Below, in pieces: positions 57,996 through 64,000 of a stretch of 64,000 nt of DNA. The DNA lies in the NCBI GenBank assembly GCA_964016885.1, contig CAXHJY010001189.1, positions 1 to 64,000 on the forward strand, written 5' to 3'. Origin of the DNA: Eledone cirrhosa. Taxonomy: Eukaryota. Position numbers and translations under genes: made by a program. Under the pieces are notes generated by a model, which saw only the letters and a list, made by a program, of their open reading frames with translations, made no database searches and was not told the DNA's origin. Within the stretch, counting starts at the first letter, position 1; the number at the start of each line of letters is the position of its first letter.

Positions 57996-60900
57996 CAGAA
58001 GGCATTTGACCAAATTTACAAATAAATACTGTAAATTCAGAATCAACAAGGCGTTAGAATTGGGAAAAATTCAATATTTCAAGTAGCTTTAGAAATGAGA
58101 TTTTCATAAACAATAGAAACATCAGCTTAACTGTAATAACCTTTGCAAAACCCTTAAGCAGATATTTCTCAGACATATTACATTAGCTATTTTCTGTTGA
58201 AGCAGGTCCATAGCCAAACTGCTGCTTCAATGTTGAACAGAAGACAAAATTTAGAATTTATAGGATATTTTTCTTCCTAATTAGCTTAGTATATGATACA
58301 AGATAAGATTTTGGATTGAAACTCATTTAAAGCTATGTAATAAAATAATTGAGAAACCATTTCATCGAAACAATTTAAACGTATTTAGTGTGAATGCAAG
58401 CAATAAAACAACAGCAAATATTCATTTATACAATAACAAATTATCGGCCATTTTCAAGTTGTTTTCACAACCTTTTTAACTTTAACTTCTAACCTTCAAC
58501 CATAAGTAAATATAATAAGGTTTTTCATTTACTATAGTTTATACTTAATATTAAGTGGTAGTAACACCTTTTTTATAAAAAATAACTACCCTCTAAAGAC
58601 TTCAATAAGATCCTCTTCAGTTAACAGTAGCTTGCATATTTTCTCTCTTCCCTATTTTTTTTATTAAACAGATATTACATGTATAAAATGTATGGATCCA
58701 TATAAACTATATATAGTAAGTTTTAAAATGCCAAAAACAGTAGAAGACCAATATCAGATAAGGCTTATAAAACCAGTTAAGTGTTTGTCCAATGAAGGGC
58801 ATTAGTCAAACCACACTGCATATATTGCTGAATTAAAGCTAAAATATTAATACACTGCATTGAAACAGAAGCTATGATAGCATCAATAGAATAAGTGAAA
58901 AACAAATAGAAACAATTTCAAACATTTTTTATGGAGCAAACTTCAATATATTTTGAATTTAATAGCAAGAAAATTCAAAATGAAATTAGAATATTTGAAC
59001 TGGAAAACATCTAATTAATTTAGTATTCAGATTAGACACATGACTAATGGTGGGAAGGCACATTTAATTGAATCAATAACTTCTATTTAAATATTAAAAA
59101 TAGGTTAAGGTGAAAAAATATAAGAAATCTAAATCAAAATACGAAATATAGCAAAACCTTTGTTAAAATAGTTTAATTACATAAACTATATATTAAAGTG
59201 AGTCTCTATAATGGAATCATTTCATATTAAAATATATATATATATATATCATTTAATCATGTGTAACAATTTTTCTAACAATCAGATATAAAATTTCTGG
59301 AACGATTTTAGGAAAATATTTTTTTTACCATATCAGAATTAATATTTTGACTTTATTATAAAACGAAAATAGGAAAGAAAAAAAGAGCCTCTCCCCAAAG
59401 CAGGAAATTGAGTAAAATCAGCAAGATCAATAAAATCAAAAGAGAATCAATGATTAGGATATTCCAGTAAAAGAGAGCAAGTGATGAGCTAGCTACAGTG
59501 AGATTGTATTGATTGATCTCTGCTTCCACTGCAGCAGCTTCCTGGCTTTCCACAACAATTTAAAAATAATAAATCAACCTTTTTATACATATTGTTGAAA
59601 AACAATCAATAACATTTGTAAAAATGTTATGGTCATAAACTTAAAACATTTCAGAGTTGAGATTCAACACACACACAAAACAATTTTTATGATATTTCTA
59701 CTACAGGCTGTACAAGAGAACCTAAGGAAATATATGAAACAATATAATCTTAATGAGTAGATGTAGGAGCCATGAAGTTGGCTAGTATTTGGTGACATAA
59801 ATTTTAGGATATAACAGCATTTATATATCACCATTTCGGATCTTAATGTGACATTATTTTACAAATGTTTTTACATAGAAAATGTTTCTTGAAATGTGAG
59901 AGTATTGTAATTTTAATATTAAAAAAATGTACACATCTGCATAAGAGCTGCAGTTGCAGTTACTAACGATCGTTGTCCACTTTCTCCTAAAATAATTTAA
60001 AGAAATAAACCACTATAGATTAGAAGAAACAGGTTTTCATCAGTGAATGAGCTGCTGAAGAATAATTCAGTGGAGACTAGTTGAGATAGTCACAAACACA
60101 TCACAATTAATGAAAATCACAAATGGGTACAAACAATACCTCTTATCGTCTCAGAAGAAAGAAAAATAAAAAAAATAAAAATAAAAATCAATGAAAACTA
60201 AAGCTTAGATAAAATTACTTCTAAATAAGTGAAAATATCAAAATTGATAAAATTAAAAATACATTTGCTTGATATGGATATAGATGTTTATATATATGCA
60301 GTAACACAAACTGCAATAGCAGTTGAGATGTGAGCCCTAAAATATCTATTATCATCATGATGCCATAGAAAAGTTTTTAACATAGTTCAATATATAAAGG
60401 TTTTTAGTTCAAGCATAGAACTTCAACAGATAAAACTGGCATGTATAGAGAGGTGAAGGAAAGACCTTACTTCATAATCAGTTTAAAGAAGCAATAAAAA
60501 TAACTATATGAACAAAAACTTAACGATGCACCATTTATGTTGATCTGTGGTTTAAATTATGCAAAAGAAAAAGAGGTAACATACCGTTTTGCAGTGTGAA
60601 TGTCTTCTAGCATCTCAGTACCAACTCCACATACAAGCTGTATTCCATTGCTCATTACTATTTGTATTGCGTTTAAATTTTTTTATGTTAACGTTCGTTA
60701 TTTTAATGCAATATTTAGTTCATTATGTGGCATTTTGTGAAAAGTCCCACGCATAACAATAGTAGTATCACAGTTCAATTAGAGTTGAACACCGATGGTT
60801 ATATAAGATAGATACGCAGTTCATAAAACTTACTTTTGGATTTTTTGAGGAGGGGGGTTATGTGTGTATGTGTGGGGTTTTCATATTTTCCTTTTTAATT

Positions 60901-61902
60901 ATTCTGTTTCATTGAGACAGCTCCAAAATTTAGCTGCCTTTTCACCAACTTAAGCTTATGTCAATAAAGACAGATGACTGCATTTATAAGAAAATGTACA
61001 ATGAAATGCTTACGTCCATGCAGATGTAAGTTGATGGTAGGCAACATTATTGAGGATGTAGGTGTGAAGTAAAGTAGTTGTCTACTATCAGCAAGAGGCT
61101 GGAGGGAAGGGAAACAGCCAATGAAAACCATTTTATGATATTATGGTACGATAGTTTATAACACTGACTACAAACATTGAAAATCATGTAATACTCACTG
61201 ATTTTGCTGTCAAAAACACAACCCAACCCAACCGAATAAACAAATAACTGCTGTCCAGAAGACTTTAATAATATTGTGATGCCAGAGGATATTGCATATG
61301 TAAGAATACTTTTTTTAGAAGCCATAAGACAATCCTTTGAGAACAACTTCATAATTGGTATTACAAGATAGTGTGCAAGTCCTTGCACAGATATAAACAT
61401 TTCTCACGTTTGATTTTTCCTCTATTTTCTCTCTCGTTTTCTTTTAAATCAGGCAAAATTGAGCTCAAATGAGGCAAGTCAAGCCTTCCTAAATTGCAGT
61501 GGTAAGAGGCTCCAGGAATTAAGCCCTGTAATATGCTAGGAAGAAAATCATTAAAGACACGGCCCACTTGACATACTTACCAGTCAGTATTACATTCCGC
61601 CATCCCGTTTACATTCCAATCTATCTTGGTGTAAGCTCATTCCTTTCTTGGTTTTTAGAAACCCCGAAGGAATGCATATTCCAAATAGATATACATACAT
61701 ACACATAATATATAGATATTATATGCATGTATATGCTAAGAAAGGGCGAATTATTTAGAAATATGTCTGCATGTATGTGTGAATTTGTATAATTGAGTGC
61801 ATACGCGCCTCAAAGATTAGACAATACTCAAAGTACTTGGGAATGAGAGGTTATGTTATACCTCTTCCATATAAAACTTGAGCTTGAAACAAGTGCTCTA
61901 AC

Positions 61903-62144
61903 CTAGAAATTTCGGAATTCCTTGGGCCACTGCTACTACTGGCTCCTGTTGAAGTTGTTCCTGCGACAGCTGGTCCATTGGGCCCACCAGTACTGCTTAC
62001 TCCACGGTAACGATCCAAATACCTTTCTGAACTTCGTGAATGATGATGTGACTTTCTAGCTTTTCTTACGATACTGCCAAGGTCGACATTGTCATCCGAT
62101 GGAAATAATTTACATAGAGCTTCTCCAACAGTTGGTTCAATCTC
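61903..62144 (-). CDS. YTHDC1: YTH domain-containing protein 1 exon (end of YTH domain + low-complexity region)
   Basis: Acceptor TTTTACAG, then EIEPTVGEALCKLFPSDDNVDL, in frame with the preceding exon and matching recalled YTHDC1 [22 protein letters not shown]. The donor is uncertain (61903 or 61862). Confidence 0.85.
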
Positions 62145-62857
62145 CTGTAAAATTGAAATTAAAGAATCAGAGATTATGTAGAATTTCAAGACATATATAT
62201 ATAAACATGTCATAACATTTCAATTTAGGAAAAACATCTTGTTAAATTAAGGTTTATTAGTTAATTCTTAACAACTTGTAATGATTTAGCAGAAAATATC
62301 TAAAAACAAATTTGTTAATTCAAACGTTACTAGTGGACAGATCACTGTAAAAATGTACAGTTGGTACTTCTAAAGCATGTCTTGCCAATATTGTTTCACG
62401 CAGTACAGGACATTGATGGTTAAATAGTATCATTAAGACATTTACATGAATCGACAGTCTGTATTAATATTTTATTTCTTCTATACATACATCCCATCAT
62501 AATCACAATCAGTCAGATATACACATGAAGCTCCCTTGACATCACTGAAGACAGTTAACAGATCTCATTAACAATTAGCACAGCAAGCAGGAGAAGGGTG
62601 GAGGTGGGAGCTCTTCAAGCAGTCAACAATTTGGAAATGAAATACATGAAAACTAATGAACAAAGACTTGAAGGAGCTGTAATATAGAAGCTTTCAAAAT
62701 ACTGAAAATTGTAAGGATTTAATCATATGAAATATGAAAATATTGTATATAACCAGAAATGGCAGTTGTGTGTTTATTGTAAATATATTTCCTACTTAAT
62801 GCAAAATTATAAATTTTTAACTTAAAATATTAATAGTGAGAAAAAAGAATTGCATAC

Positions 62858-62942
62858 TTGTCCATCTCTGCCAATTTTAACATATTTATTTTCATTCCAA
62901 GGGTTATGCAGATGCGTAGTTTTTGTAAACTGAAGATCACGT
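62858..62942 (-). CDS. YTHDC1: YTHDC1 exon (YTH domain)
   Basis: 85 nt, AG/GT bounded: [28 protein letters not shown]. Phase fits both neighbouring exons. Confidence 0.95.
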
Positions 62943-63115
62943 CTAAATAAATAAAAAAAATAGTTTACAGAAAATTTTAAATAAATACTAAAAATTAAAA
63001 TAAAAAAATATTAAAAAATGTTTAAATAGTTGATGTTAATGAGTTGCATGTGAAGAATAACAGTGGAAGCCAGGAAAGATATAAAATCTAACAAAATTAT
63101 GTGGTAACATCGATT

Positions 63116-63205
63116 CATCATCATTTTTACGTTAACCTTTCTATGCTAGCATGTGTTGGACGGGACCTTCTGAGGCAATGTTTTACAGCTGTATGCTCTT
63201 CCTTT
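63116..63205 (-). mobile_element. Degraded SINE/RTE 3' end in a YTHDC1 intron
   Basis: CATCATCATTTTTACGT..ATGCTAGCATG..TTGGACGGG..TACAGCTG.ATGC.CTTCCT. Confidence 0.65.
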
Positions 63206-63620
63206 GGTTGCTTATTATGACATGCAGGGATACTGTGTAGCTATTCTAAACTGAGATGAATATATAACAATGTTTTTAAAGCTAGTGGAACCAACATGTT
63301 CTCATATTGATCTATCTTTAACCATTTCATTGCAGTATTTCTAACAAAATACACTGGCTATATGTATTGATTAATTTTCATTACTAAGCTGATATTTTTT
63401 TAAATTATGATAGCAGGATTTAATATCAGTAAAAACATTTTGAAACGAGCAGTTTTGTATCATAAATCCAGGGTAGTTTCATGGTTTGATATGAAAAGGT
63501 TTCTTTTGTAACCCTTACCAAGCTGATAGACACAAATTGAAGACTGTTCACTAAATTTTGTACAATTTTCTTTCCACACACAGAAATGTATTGTTCAATC
63601 TATGTTTACTTTAAACTCAC

Positions 63621-63738
63621 CGGTTAATCCAATCCAATTTAAAAACTCCACTGAGTGCCCGTGCACTTAGTCCTGGTGGCAAAACCCAACGTATTGGTGG
63701 ATGATCCCTTGTCGATTCAGCTGATAATCGTGCAAAAC
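63621..63738 (-). CDS. YTHDC1: YTHDC1 exon (YTH domain, includes the aromatic-cage Trp region)
   Basis: 118 nt, AG/GTGAG bounded: (G)[39 protein letters not shown], matching recalled YTHDC1 [35 protein letters not shown]. Not in the supplied ORF track. Confidence 0.95.
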
Positions 63739-63864
63739 CTTGCCAATAATAGAGTGTTGAGAAATGTTAAAAAACAACAACAAAAAAAAACAGGTGATAG
63801 AGATGTTTAATGAAAATTAAAACATACAACAAACATTACATACTTAACCATTCGTGAAACCCTT

Positions 63865-63887
63865 GAGAGAGAGAGAGAGAGAGAGAA

Positions 63888-63963
<76 letters not shown>
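63865..63963. repeat. (GA)n microsatellite
   Basis: Directly visible. Confidence 0.97.
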
Positions 63964-63965
<2 letters not shown>

Positions 63966-64000
63966 ACAGTATTGGACTAGCATTTTATCAACCGTGAAAA

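Noticed and set aside
59356-59553. 65-aa hydrophobic ORF
   Set aside because: Non-ATG start, T-rich composition explains the Leu/Ile/Phe content, and it has no recognisable similarity.
61851-62213. 120-aa ORF as a stand-alone gene
   Set aside because: Its first 23 codons are intronic; the rest is a YTHDC1 exon with an acceptor at 62145-62146.

Overview
Eukaryotic genomic DNA. The TA/TACA arrays, RTE LINEs and tRNA-CORE-type SINEs suggest an octopus or other coleoid cephalopod (inference). Bases 1-55,650 are kilobase-long degenerate (TA)n/(TACA)n arrays that carry C on the + strand almost throughout. About 25 retroelement pieces are nested in them: four RTE LINE families, a CR1/L2-type LINE, an R4/Dong-type RLE element, tRNA-derived SINEs, four copies of a bipartite non-autonomous RTE, and Penelope-like fragments, one with a hammerhead-like motif. 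Most lie on the minus strand. The right end holds three minus-strand exons encoding the C-terminal half of a YTHDC1 (YT521-B) YTH domain; the repeat block may lie in a giant intron of that gene or downstream of it. Highlights: RTE families that appear to have acquired a new 3' module (hairpin array + AGGAAGGGCATCC motif + new terminus); a bipartite non-autonomous RTE with a zinc-finger remnant and a possible 5' ribozyme; a SINE built from two LINE families that are both in the window; and direct traces of fold-back synthesis and TA-microhomology junctions. The very long Y/I/H/T/M/C/V ORFs are translation artefacts of the microsatellites.
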